Assembly: GCA_010093605.1 (NCBI GenBank)
Contig: MU004202.1
Span: forward strand, 135,560-199,559
Source of the DNA: Lophium mytilinum
Lineage: Eukaryota
Length of the DNA: 64,000 nucleotides
Reading direction: 5' to 3'
A program made the position numbers and the translations under genes. This document shows, piece by piece, positions 1 to 12,100 of this stretch (position 1 is its first letter; every line of letters starts with the position of its first letter). A model generated the notes under the pieces. It saw only the letters and a list, made by a program, of their open reading frames with translations. It had not been told where the DNA came from and made no database searches.

Positions 1-3000
1 GCAGCTGGACTAATGTGCCAGATGTATCGAACAGCTTGACCACGTTGCTGTTTGAGTAGTGGTCAGACCAAGGTAACAGCAGCTGGCGCTGCGTCTTGAC
101 CGCACCGTGACTTCGAAAGATCATAGCCAGGCGATCTTCGATGAGGTTTTGCAGCCCTACATCACTAGCCTTCAGGGTGTGCACACCAGTAGTAGTACCT
201 ATGTCCCATGCGAAATCTTTAACTTGGTTGTCCGGTTTCTGTGAGAATAGCGCGGCCATCATCTTCTGATAATGAGGGGAGTTTCGGTCGGATAGGGCTT
301 TCAAGGCCTCTTTGATGGCTTCGTCTTCAATTTGAAGAGGAACCTTTCCACTTCGGAGTAATTCCGCGCAACTAGGACGTTCACCAGGCTTGTGGCGGAT
401 TAAAGACGTGATGATGCTACCTTCCAGTGCCTTATCTGCTCCCTGAAAGCCGTCTGGTAAGGTGTGCTGTTTCTCTCGTAGAGCTCTGATGACATGGTCT
501 CGCTCCATTGCGGTCTTCAAAGGGTGGCACATTTCAAAGAAGATGATACCCAGCGAATACATGTCGACCTTGTCGTTGTAACTACCACCGGCACCTGAGC
601 GTAGCTCCGGAGCAACGTATAAAGTCGTTCCAACACTGTGGGTCATATCACCGTCGATGGTGTTGCTCGAGGATGCGCCTTTGTCTACGCGATGGTACTG
701 GCCACTGGTAGCTAGGCCGAAATCACCGATTTTAGGGATTTTTGCCACATCTATGAAGACGTTGTCTGGCTTGAGGTCACGATGGATAATGCCGTGGCCG
801 TGAATGTGCGCAAGACCTTCAAGGACTTGACGTAGAAGTCTCCAGTATTCCTCAGGCTCTTCATATAGCCCCTTTCGTATGAGATCGCGAAGCGTCTGCT
901 TTTCGCAGTATTCCATTTGGATGTATAGGGTCGTCTTGACTGGGCGGGAGTTGGATGTGATACGTGTTGCTTTTGGGAGGGCCTTGGAGTCGCCGGTGGC
1001 GTCTCCGTCCTCTTCTTCTGTATGGAACCGTCAGTGTCGGATTTCTGAAAATTGCATCTTGCTATAACCATCTCGAGGGTGTTGGAGGACTTCATAAGAC
1101 TTCAGAATAGCGTGTGCAAACATGTTAATGTGGTTTTGGGGGGATCTGAAGCTTACCTGTGTTATCACCACTTGTGCCGAATACGATCCCGTCATCTGAC
1201 TCCTCGTCCTCATCATCCGACTCCTCTTCAAACCCAGTCTTGGAGCTTATAAAGTCCAGCCCTCCAGTACTTCCCCCAAACTCGACGAAGTCCCCGCTTA
1301 GGGACGATGCTGGCGAATCGTTCCCAGTGAACGTATTAGAGGATTCCCCGTCAGTTTCCGACACAGTGGATACCTCCTCCTCTGGCCATGCCGTGAAATA
1401 ACGTACTACGCATGGGTGATTGAGACGAGACAAAAGCATGACTTCGGACAAGACTTCAGTGAGTGCGGCAGCAGAGTTCTGCTTTATTTTCTTGATGGCG
1501 TAAAAGCGCCCATCAAGCTTGTTACGCGCCTTCACAACCTCGCCATAGCCGCCCTTTCCTAAACGGCCGGCTTCCGCCCACTCGCTTGCGTACCTCGAAA
1601 ATGGGTTCAAAGCCCCTGTGGACGACTCTCGGCGTGCTCGCCGTCCATGAAGGGCAAAGGAAGTAGAAGGTGTTCTTGAGTGCATGGGTGAAACAGGCTG
1701 AAAATATACGGGAATATCGTTTCGCAAGAATTCGCATGGTATCAAATCGAAAGCCGACGGCCGCTTTTTGGGGTCTGGTCTGAAGAACTTCCGAGTTATG
1801 TCACCCAATGCATCCGACAGCTGCAGGTCCGTGATGAGCACCGTAGGCGAAGCGTGCTTTTGCGGAGTTTCAAGACCGAAAAGCATCTGGAGGAATACTA
1901 CGCCGAGGTCCCAGACATCAGTCTTTCTTGTACGTCTGGTCGAAACTTCTTGCGAAAGCTCTGATGGTACCCAAAAGGCAGACCTTGGCGTCGAGAATGG
2001 AGCAGTGGCTCGCGTAAGGTCTTTAAGATTATAGAGGCTCTCTTGAAACCCTGCGTCTGCAAGTTTCGTGAAAGTTGCGCCCCCAGTGGGTGGCCGACAA
2101 AGAAGAATGTTCCCTGGATGAATGCGCTTATGGACTACACCATTACGGTGAAAGAAATCGAGTGCCTCCAGCAGCTCAATTGACCAAGAACGAACTTTAT
2201 TAGTTGTAATTGACCCATCTTCTTCCAGTTTCTCACGAAGCGAGCCTCGGTTAGCAAAAGCCGTAAGGATATTGATATCCCATGCCGCTCCAATTGGCTC
2301 GTTATCCAGCTTTTGTATCTTGAAATCGAGAATGTGTACAATATTTGACTGCCTTAGCCTCTTGAGCTCTTCTAGATCAGTCTCAAAATCAAGAATAGCT
2401 TTCTTGAGGCGAGTCTCGCTGGTCGGCTCGGAGCTGTATACTTTGGTCTTTTTAAGGACAAGCAAAGTATCTCGAAAGCCTGCAGGTTGCACTAGAAGCA
2501 CTTCCGTCACCGGTCCCTGGTGAAGCTTTGCGAGGCCCGTTACCGTATCAAAATCAATGCGATTGCCGTCATCTTGCAATGATACCAGACGATCGAAGGT
2601 TACATGGTCAGGCAAAGACATGCCGGCGGCTGAGGAGCTAGGCGTCTGACCTATTGGGGGGCGACTCCTTCGTTTTACCATGATTTCCTTTCGCCGCAGC
2701 TCTTCCTCTATCATTTGCCGCATCACTCGGTCCTCCTCGGCCTTCTCTTCTACCCGCTTCTTCAATTTTTCTTCTTCATGTTCCTTAGCGAGCAGATTTG
2801 CCGCCGCTTCATGGACGGCTCGCTCTTCTTCAAGACTCGGAAGTGTCTCGTCGTGTTCCCTGGCCCTGTAATGCGGGTATGATCAGTATATGTTCATGGA
2901 GTAGGGATTGATGTTGATGAATAAAGGGTTGCGTTGCATGAGTGAATAATTCCGTCTGCCGCTGTCTGGTACCGATGTGAATCAAGATTTTGAACACATG

Positions 3001-3832
3001 GTGAAGTATGCGTTTTGAACCGTCGCCGACCCCCGGCATCATTTCAGACAGCACCAATTGAGAGCTCACACCTTATGAAAGGTTCGCATAGGTCTGGATG
3101 GCACAGGATGATTTTGAGATCATATGAGACTGACTCTTACTTACGTTACATCGTCTTCCAGAATGTCCTGAATTGCGGTAGCGATTTCGTGAATCATCAC
3201 CTCGCCCAGAAGCTCTTTTGGTTTAGTCTTGATCAGCGTCTCGATCTTCTTTCGAGTCTTTGGGCGCAGCTGGGTTGCATTCTCGAGTACGAGGATTGGA
3301 ACAGTCTTCGGATACGTGGCGAGTAACCTGACCGAAAGGACCGCGACAATATCACTTTCCGAGAATGGCTTCAACCGTAGACGGAACGTGCGGTCTGTGG
3401 TTTTCTAATTTTTGTCGTTAGTGCTAGGACTTTGGTTTGTCTACGCCAGCTTGATGCTGTTTGCTTGAAGTGCTGCGATCCAAATTCGGAAATCTATAAA
3501 AAGATGGAATCTTGACTCTATAGATAGTGAAAGGTAAAAGAGCTGCTAAATTGACATTTGCGAAAACAAGTTGAAGCACGTTAGATTATGTAGATGATAC
3601 ATACGCTCCAAGCGCCTTTGAACTCAACCTCTTCATACTCATCGGGGAAGATGGCTTGCAATACTTCTATCTCGTCGTCTTGAGCTTTGGCATAAGTCTC
3701 CGACGCAGATGTCAAGGCCGGAGTAGCAGATTTGTTTTCCTTAGTAGGAGATTTTCCCATGCCCATGCCTGGGATAGCAATCTGAGCGGATGCATTTGTT
3801 GCTATCTTGTTCCAAGGTGATTTCGGTGCCAT
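1..3832 (-). CDS. GCN2: eIF2-alpha kinase Gcn2/Cpc-3 (RWD, pseudokinase, kinase, start of HisRS-like region); 3' end lies beyond the window
   Basis: RWD-like N-terminus (QDDEIEVLQAIFPDEY...TYPKTVP), degenerate kinase (VHKRIHPGNILL), true kinase (RLGKGGYGEVVKARNKLDGRFYAIKKI; HRDLKPDN and IGDFGLA read from 700-790). Frame-restoring GT-AG introns at 3405-3604, 2866-3144 and 1018-1156. Confidence 0.96.
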
Positions 3833-4385
3833 ATTGGGCAGTGTAAGGTATTTTAGATGGTCAGCTCGATGGAGAGAGGAGCAGTAGACACGCAGCAGCC
3901 GGAGCCGCTAGCCTTTACAGCACTGTATTCATAGTGCGTCAGGAGGGGGAAATTGTAGGTGATGATGTATATCAAAGAATCACATTCGATCGACGGACTC
4001 AAATGCGGCTTGCCAGCGGAGCGGAATGACTCAAGGTGGCCCGAGCTTTTCGAGATCTCAAGGCGCGTCAACTTTGGAGGTTTGCGGATGCCAACACCAG
4101 CTCGCTTGCGCCCAGGAGCCTCGCAACTTCCCCGCCATTTTACCTACGCTTTAAGCAAGAGTGAATACACCGTTTCATCTCATAGAAAGTGCACGCGACA
4201 GCAAAACAAGCGCATCAACACCACAAAAGTCGAACACCCCGCGATTCCTGAGAGTAAACAACACCCAAACACCACAACTGCGGAACCCACGCCACCACTA
4301 CGGTCACTCAACCACCAATGCTAGGTCTCTAGCAACCTCTGGGCACTTTGATTGGCTTTTTACTCTTGTCTGACTCAAAACCGCC

Positions 4386-6041
4386 ATGTTTTCGTGGATT
4401 ACAGGCCCTCGAATCACCAATGTTGTGGAAGACCTTCAGTCTGGTAAGTCGAACGGCAACCTCAAGCACGTTCTTACTAACCGAAGCTCCCCAGCTCACG
4501 TAGATACTACCTACATAGACCCGCCAGATACCCCCGCGCCCGTCTTCGCCGTCAAAGCCTTCAAACAAGCGCTCTTCGGAACACCTCATCCCGACCAAGC
4601 TGAACTCAAAGCCGCGGCCTCGAACAAGAATGGAGAATCCAAAAAGGATACCAAACCGCGCTTGGTGCCCGTAAATACCAATGGAAACCGCGAACCCGCT
4701 CCGATCTTGTCCCCAGTCAAGAATGGCATCCTGATGACGCCCGGAACTGCTGCCAAAGGCCGCAAAACAGTATCGTTCGGTGCGCAGGTTGCGGAAAATG
4801 CAGCTAAGAAGGGCGCAAAGATCGGGAAGAGCGGCATACCCAACGATTGCCCCGGCAAATTCCCAAGTCCGTGGACACCTGGGACTGAGCTCTTAGCCCA
4901 GTCTGACAAAAAGCCTCGATCAAAGCTTACTGCGGCTCTGTACGACGCGCGAGAGTCCAGTCAGACGAAGACGACAACAAAACCGAGAGCCAAGGATGAT
5001 CAGGATCTCACGCTGGATTACATGGAACCCCGTGCAGCGTCTGGCAAGTACTGGAAGGAACAGTTCATGTCCTACTCGCAACAGAGCGAACATGAGATGA
5101 GGAAGCTTATCAAGAAGGAGCAAATAGCTAGGAGTTTCGCAAGGAAGAAGGACGGGGATGCTACAGAGCTTACGCTAAAGCTTGAGGAAGAGAAGGAACG
5201 GCACAGGCAGCAGGAGAAGACTCTCGAAGAGCAAATGAAGGACTACCAGGAGCGCTTGCGGCAAGCGATGGCAGAGAACGCCAGGGCCAGTATGGAGATC
5301 TCAATGCTGAAACAGCAGCTTGAGGCCTCACTGCAGAAGGATTCTGTGAAATCAGAGGCCCAAACCAAGAACCCTATCCGTGTACACGAAGATCCCACCA
5401 AGAACGTTGCCAGGGAATACCGCCAAACGATCCTGTCGAAGCCCGTTCTTACTGCGAGCCACGAGCAAGACAGCGCCGACAGTCCATCCGCCTCAGCTAG
5501 ACCGCGACGTCCACGCCGCTCGACCGCCCCTGACTCCGCTCACCCAACACCGTCTGCCTCTGGTTTTCAACCGAAGTCAAACACTCCGCTTAGCGTCCGC
5601 AATCCAACCACCATCAACAAAGAGAACCTTCCACCCAAGTCTCCCTCAAATCTCGCAGTACCTTCATCGTCTGACTACTGGGTGCCTTCTAGCCCCATGG
5701 ATATGGACCGTATGGCGTTTCCAATCTCCAGCGCTCCACCCCCTGGTCGTTCAAACAGTACTTCCAAGGTCGAGCGCTCAAGTAGAACAAGACACTCGAG
5801 TCTTCGCAAGAAGGTGTCAATCAGTGGAGAACCGAGGTCAGACGGTCTTCGTGGGAAGGCAGCGGACCTGCCGATTGTGCAGGAAAGGACGGCACTAGGC
5901 ATGGAGACAAGATCAGAGAGTCTGCATGTGAAAGCAGCTTCTACAGGCTCGAAATCTGGGCCGGCTGATGAAGAGCGGAAGCGGGCAGCGAAAGAGAGAT
6001 TGTTGCGAAGGAAGGCTAACAAAGGTGTGGAGAGCTCATGA
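4386..6041 (+). CDS. Spindle pole body-associated Cut12-domain coiled-coil protein
   Basis: 551-aa ORF with DTPAPVFAVKAFKQALFGTP, GILMTPGT..RKTVSFG, CPGKFPSPW and SGKYWK motifs, which I recall from fungal Cut12-domain proteins, followed by a coiled coil. Probable in-frame intron at 4444-4494. Confidence 0.8.
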   Translation: MFSWITGPRITNVVEDLQSGKSNGNLKHVLTNRSSPAHVDTTYIDPPDTPAPVFAVKAFKQALFGTPHPDQAELKAAASNKNGESKKDTKPRLVPVNTNGNREPAPILSPVKNGILMTPGTAAKGRKTVSFGAQVAENAAKKGAKIGKSGIPNDCPGKFPSPWTPGTELLAQSDKKPRSKLTAALYDARESSQTKTTTKPRAKDDQDLTLDYMEPRAASGKYWKEQFMSYSQQSEHEMRKLIKKEQIARSFARKKDGDATELTLKLEEEKERHRQQEKTLEEQMKDYQERLRQAMAENARASMEISMLKQQLEASLQKDSVKSEAQTKNPIRVHEDPTKNVAREYRQTILSKPVLTASHEQDSADSPSASARPRRPRRSTAPDSAHPTPSASGFQPKSNTPLSVRNPTTINKENLPPKSPSNLAVPSSSDYWVPSSPMDMDRMAFPISSAPPPGRSNSTSKVERSSRTRHSSLRKKVSISGEPRSDGLRGKAADLPIVQERTALGMETRSESLHVKAASTGSKSGPADEERKRAAKERLLRRKANKGVESS

Positions 6042-6390
6042 TTGACCAGAGGCATGCATACGTGGAGTTTAGCGCATTATTCTTTCTTGGGTTCTCTATT
6101 AGGGCTATTGGTTGATACTAGCATGCTACTTGAATGATACTCTTTCCCCACGGGCTGATACGCCCAGCGGTATCTCACACCACTATACACACCCTCAAAA
6201 CGCACGGTCACACCCTCTGATATCGCACGTACTAACTTACATGCAATGGTGATTAGGAGTGGAAGCACATGGACAAAGGTTCGCGATGAAGAACGAATAT
6301 TTGGTATCATTTTGAGACGCCCCAGACCCGTATATTACATGTCCCCACGTTAGCGCCTTGGTGAAACAAATTGCCTCAATGTCCTGCAAC

Positions 6391-7581
6391 TCAATCACTG
6401 TCATCATCGCTCCCGTATCCCACCAGAGGCCCAATAGCTGGCGCCGGCTTCTTGGCCGTAGTCGCAGAATAGCCCTTCAACGCTGCTAACGTCGAGCCAG
6501 ATAGTATGCCATTCCCACCACTCACGTTCCCTTGCGCATGTGTTCCCGTCTCCGCAGGAGCTTCAATATACTGTTGCTCTTCAGGCCCATCCAACAATTG
6601 CCCATCCGCTGCCGCCTCCAACGCCGCCTTCTCTTTCGCGTACCACACATCATCCGGTGCCTCATAGCCCTGCAGCCCAAAACTCCCCTCAATTTTCCTC
6701 CGCTTCTTCTGCTCCGGGTCTCTCCCCTCAATCTCGGCCACATAATCCGCTGGCAGCGCCCGCCGAATCGCCTCCGCTGCCTGCTCTTCTATCCGCCGCG
6801 CCTCCCGCTTCTGTGCCTGAGGGTTCGGATCCATAGTCGCCCATCTGACGTTGAGAATTTCTGAATGGTCGAGCGCCTGATGCGCCATGGCTTCTTTTGC
6901 GAACTGTGCATTCGCTTCGTTGGTATAGGTCACGAAGCCCACGCCCCGTGCCGTGAGCACCCGTATGCGATCCACCTGCCCCCACTCGTTGAAGTGCCTT
7001 GCAACGATCTCTTCTATGTCGTCCGTAACATGGATCCGGCCGACGTAGAGCGTGCGGTTCTGCCGCAGGAAACTGCCCACACCACCCATATCATCGCGGT
7101 AATCTGAAAACTTGTCGCGCCCGAAACAGTCCACATTTGGGTTGAAGATGTCGTGGAGCCCCGGCAAGCGGTGCAGATACTGGCATTCCTGGCCGTTCGG
7201 GCATAAGCCGCGCGCGAAGAAGAGGCAGAAGTAGCTGCCGGGCGTAGAGTCGGCTTTGGTGAAGCCGGAGTCGCGGGCGACGTTGCAGCGGGAGGGCGCG
7301 GCGGTTTTGGAGAGGTAGGCATCCTCGCGGTCGCCACCGCTCCATTTGTTGTACCAGATGTTGAAGATGGTGCCGGTGGGTGGGGGCTTCTCGCTCTTGA
7401 AGGTGGCGGGGTCGACTTGGGGTCGGGCAGGGCGCCGCTTCTTGCGAATTATCTTCTTGACTTTTTTTGAGGGGGCGGTGGTGAGGGCGGTTTGGGGGTC
7501 TGGTGATGCCTCTTCTGGGAGCGAGGTAGGGGTGGCGATGGGCGCGTCATCGAGGACAATGGTCTCTACGGTATCAGCCAT
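6391..7581 (-). CDS. CWC2: Pre-mRNA splicing factor Cwc2 (CCCH zinc finger/Torus + RRM)
   Basis: RPARPQVDP, FNIWYNKWSGGD, FCLFFARGLC..G.ECQYLH, DCFGRDKFSDYRDDMGGVGSF, RRM TLYVGRI...GFVTY; uninterrupted 396-aa ORF. Confidence 0.96.
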   Translation of the reverse strand: MADTVETIVLDDAPIATPTSLPEEASPDPQTALTTAPSKKVKKIIRKKRRPARPQVDPATFKSEKPPPTGTIFNIWYNKWSGGDREDAYLSKTAAPSRCNVARDSGFTKADSTPGSYFCLFFARGLCPNGQECQYLHRLPGLHDIFNPNVDCFGRDKFSDYRDDMGGVGSFLRQNRTLYVGRIHVTDDIEEIVARHFNEWGQVDRIRVLTARGVGFVTYTNEANAQFAKEAMAHQALDHSEILNVRWATMDPNPQAQKREARRIEEQAAEAIRRALPADYVAEIEGRDPEQKKRRKIEGSFGLQGYEAPDDVWYAKEKAALEAAADGQLLDGPEEQQYIEAPAETGTHAQGNVSGGNGILSGSTLAALKGYSATTAKKPAPAIGPLVGYGSDDDSD

Positions 7582-9125
7582 AGTGAGGGTTGTTGTGAGG
7601 CTGAGAAAGTATGGGGTATGGAGGTTTGAAGTTAAGGTTCGTACCTAGAATCGCAAGTAAAGCTTGGCTGTCAGGCTGGCTTCGGAGCGCATTGTGGCCC
7701 GTTCGTTGACAGTCACGTGCGTACTACTCGAAGCATCATTCATCATGCCGTCTATTCTCCATAATACTATCTGGCATCATGGTTTGCTGAACTGTGTAAC
7801 AGATTCTTTGATTTAGAATCTTAGAGTAGCTCTTACGAATTCTGGGGATAGATTGAGTTATAATTTTATGCACGCTAAGACGAGTATACAAGACTGCCAA
7901 CCGTTCCGTGGAAACCACGGTCATTCCTCCATCAACACTCGATCCAACCTTCATCGAACTTGCACGCTCAATGACATGCCTTAAAACAGTACGAGCCACA
8001 AGCTGTGAAGCACTATGAACGTCACTGGATGCCCTCTCATAGGTTAATGATCCGAAGCCTTGTCCGGTACTAATCCGCACCTAATCCTCAATGTCCGTCA
8101 AGCCACCGTAAGGCCCAGCCACATCTGTCAGGTATGACGAGCCGGTCAAGCAGTATGACGAGCAGCCAGATGATGCTGCTTGTATGAGTTAAGCTATCCA
8201 GCTAGATTCAACTTCGAGAACGGCGGAGGATGCCGAGTCACATGTAGCGTTTCAAGGTCTGCACCCGACGGAAAGCTGATACACCTCCGGAAGGGTACTG
8301 CACATAGCATTTAAGTTCCAAGAACATATCACGATGTTCGAAGACATCCCCAAGAGCTTTTAGATGTCTTTCAGTCGGTAAGTCGGTATCTAAAACTTGT
8401 CAGACTGGTCACTCTGAAACATTCTCACGATTGTGGCTGCTGCGTACTTTGCTGTATTACTGCTTTCATTGCTCTCTTTCGCTTAGAATCCTTGTCAGCT
8501 TCCGGACAAACATTCAATCATATGAGATAATTCCTGGTCCCCGGACTGCGGGTGCAGTGACGATTTCTTGTAAGCACGCCCGGTCGGGATCGACGTAGGT
8601 GTTTTTGGCCGACACCGACCACTCATCGAAGAAACATGCGGCTCTCACGCCCCAACCTTCCCCTTCCAAGATAGCTCTGCATCCTTAACGGCGTTCCTGG
8701 ATGACCCAGGCGATCGGAACGTGGTTTTGCCGCTGCCATGCTGTCCGTTTCATGTCTCGGTCGTGCTATGCTCTCGCTTAAGGGCTGTGGTCCAATGCAG
8801 ACGGCCTTCCTCACCACCGGACTACGGACTTTGCCAATGATATAATATGAACATAGTTCCTAGTTAGAGCTTTACTTGGCGTTTCAATCTCAACTGATAT
8901 TATCACGGTCTTTTCGTTGTGTAGCTGTTGTGTTTCTCACACAATCTTTCACTCTCTCACATCTACCACTTTATATATTACCACCGAAACGCGACGAAGC
9001 GGCCTTGCCATTTATCACAAAAGATATCCACATCGTCTTCTCGTCGAGTGGAACTATTTCACATCCTATCCCCTAAGAATCGGACTCAAAGCTTGGGATC
9101 GATCCAACCCAGCTCGTCTACCACG

Positions 9126-12100
9126 ATGACTGTCACCATTGAGTATGGCCGTAATCGAGCCAACAACAGGATGTCCACAAATCGGCATTCTAGTGCTTCA
9201 ACTCATTCAAGTGCTCTTGAACTTGCATCTCTCTATGAAGCAGTCGCTGATGAAGAGAAGTCTCGGGCCGGGGAGGAGCCCTTGCCAGAAAACTTCCCCG
9301 GTCTAGAGTTGAGAGACTTAGGCCTTCCACAACCAAAGAAGCCCGGTGACCCAATGGATCTTCTCCCTCCCAATGAGAAGGAAATTCTTGTTCGCCAGGT
9401 TCATCATCCTACCGCTGATGTAAGGTATTTACAACTGTACCGATACGCGTCGAGAAAAGAGATCATAATCTGCTGGATTTCCGTTTTCGCTGCCATTATT
9501 GCCGGTATCCTAGTCCCGATGATGACTGTGAGTATCCTATGGATGTTGAGACTTGTGCAGATTGGCTGACGTTTTTCAGGTTGTTTTCGGTCAGCTCACA
9601 GCAACTTTCCAAGGAGTGTTCATGCACACCGTCGACTACCCTACGTTCCACGCGCAATTACACAAGTACACCCTATATTTCGTATACCTCGGTCTCGGAG
9701 AATTCGTATCCACATACATCTGTACTTGCGGTAATCTGTACACGGGCGAGCGAATTGCGGGCAAAATTCGAGAAAAGTATCTCGAAGCAATTCTGCGGCA
9801 AAACGTTGGCTATTTCGACAAACTCGGATCTGGAGAAATCACGACTCGCATCACGGCTGACTCCAATACGGTTCAAGATGGAGTGTCTGAAAAAGTTGGC
9901 TTCACGCTCAGCTCGGTTGCGACCTTTGTCACTGCTTTCGTTATCGGCTTTGTCAAATCCTGGAAACTAACCCTCATCTTGTCCGCCACTATTGTTGCGA
10001 TCGTTCTGATCATGGGTGGAGGATCGCGTTTCATCATGAAATTCACAAGAGCCTCTCTCATCGCCTATGCACGAGGAGGTGCTGTTGCTGAAGAAGTGCT
10101 CAGCTCGGTCCGAAACGCGAAGGCCTTTGGCACAGAAGAAAAGCTTGCTCGCAAGTATGACGGTGTCCTTAATATCTCTGAAGGATTTGGAAGGAAGAGC
10201 AAATACGTCATGGCTTGCATGCTGGCCTTCATGATGACTATTGTTTACATGAACTATGTATGTGTATTCCGGATCCTTTCCATAGAGTTTTCATTAACAT
10301 TCTCAGGGCCTTGCATTCTGGATGGGTTCGAAATTCCTCGTCACTGGAGAGGTCCATGTCGGGCAGATCGTGACCACCTTGATGTCTATCATGATCGGTT
10401 CTTTTGCTCTTGGCCATGTTGGACCATGGATTCAGGCTTTCGGATCAGCCTCTGCCGCTGCTGGAAAGATATTCGCGACCATCGATCGCATCTCTCCCAT
10501 GGATCCGACATCAAACACTGGGTACAAGCCGGAGAAGGTAGCGGGAGAAATCACTCTTCGCAACGTCAAGCACATATATCCGTCTCGACCCGAGGTCACA
10601 GTTATGAACGGTGTCGACCTCACGGTTCCTGCCGGCAAAACGACTGCTCTTGTAGGATCATCAGGCTCTGGAAAGAGTACTATCATCGGACTTGTCGAAA
10701 GGTTTTACGACCCTGTTGCTGGCGAAGTGTTGTTGGACGGTCGCAATGTTCAAGGTCTAAACTTGAACTGGCTGAGACAACAGGTATCTCTAGTGCAGCA
10801 AGAGCCCGTTCTCTTCGCCACCTCGATCTACAAAAACATTCGCTATGGCCTCATTGGCTCGGACTTCGACTACCTCCCGGAAGAGCGAACGAAAAACTTA
10901 GTAATCGAGGCCGCCAAATTCGCCAATGCCCACGACTTCATCGAAGCGCTTCCAGAAGGGTACGAAACCAATGTTGGAGACCGAGGTTTCTTGCTCTCTG
11001 GAGGACAGAAACAACGTATCGCAATTGCTCGTGCCATCGTGAGTGATCCTAAGATTCTACTGCTCGATGAGGCGACATCCGCTCTCGACACGAAAAGCGA
11101 AGGCGTTGTGCAAGCTGCACTCGACAAAGCTTGCAACGGACGGACTACAATCGTCATCGCTCATCGACTTTCTACGATCAGAGACGCAGACAACATCGTG
11201 GTCATGGACAAAGGGAAGATCGTCGAACAAGGCACCCACGATCAGCTGCTCGACAAGCGCGGGATGTACTGGAGTCTGGTTGAAGCGCAGCGTTTTGCCT
11301 CAAGCGAGACTACAGAGAAATTTGACGAGATGGGCGATCTCGAATCAGAAGATTCCGACAACCCTTTCACCGACCCAAGTGTCACCGAAGTCGAGTTCTA
11401 CGACCACGACATGGACAAAAAGATCTCTCGCAGACAATCGGCACGGTCAGTTTCTAGCCAGATCCTCGGCGACGAGCTACCAGAGAAGCCTAAGACATAT
11501 TCCATGTGGACCATTCTGAAGTTCATCTGGAGCTTCAACATCAAGGAGTGGAAGCTCATGTCGACTGGTCTATTCTTCTGTATCATCGCCGGCGGAGGCA
11601 ATCCTGTGCAGTCCGTTTTCTTTGCTAAAACTCTCACGTCGTTGTCCCTTCCCCCGAACGAATACCACGAGCTGCGAAACGAAGTCAACTTCTGGAGTGG
11701 CATGTACTTGATGCTTGCGGCTGTCCAATGGGTTGCGTGGGCTTCTCAAGGTATCTGCTTCGCTTACTGCTCCGAAAGACTCATCCACCGTGTCCGAGAC
11801 CATGCCTTCCGAACCATGATCCGACAAGATGTGGGCTTCTTTGACGATGAGAAGAACACCGCAGCCAAGCTTACCACGGCTTTAGCACAAGAAGCTACTT
11901 ACCTAGCCGGACTCAGTGGAACTACCCTAGGCACGCTTTGCATGGCTATCACAACTCTCACGGCTTCACTAACCATGGCTATCATCGTTGGATGGAAACT
12001 GGCCCTCGTCTGTATTTCTACCGTCCCAGTTCTCATGCTCTGCGGCTTCTTACGCTTCTGGCTTCTTGCAAAATTCCAAGTCCGGGCTAAGATCACCTAC

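Noticed and set aside
2961..3052. Canonical C/D or H/ACA snoRNA in the GCN2 intron
   Set aside because: The C-box-like ATGATG lacks a matching terminal CTGA, and no ANANNA or ACA box follows the stem at the expected distance.
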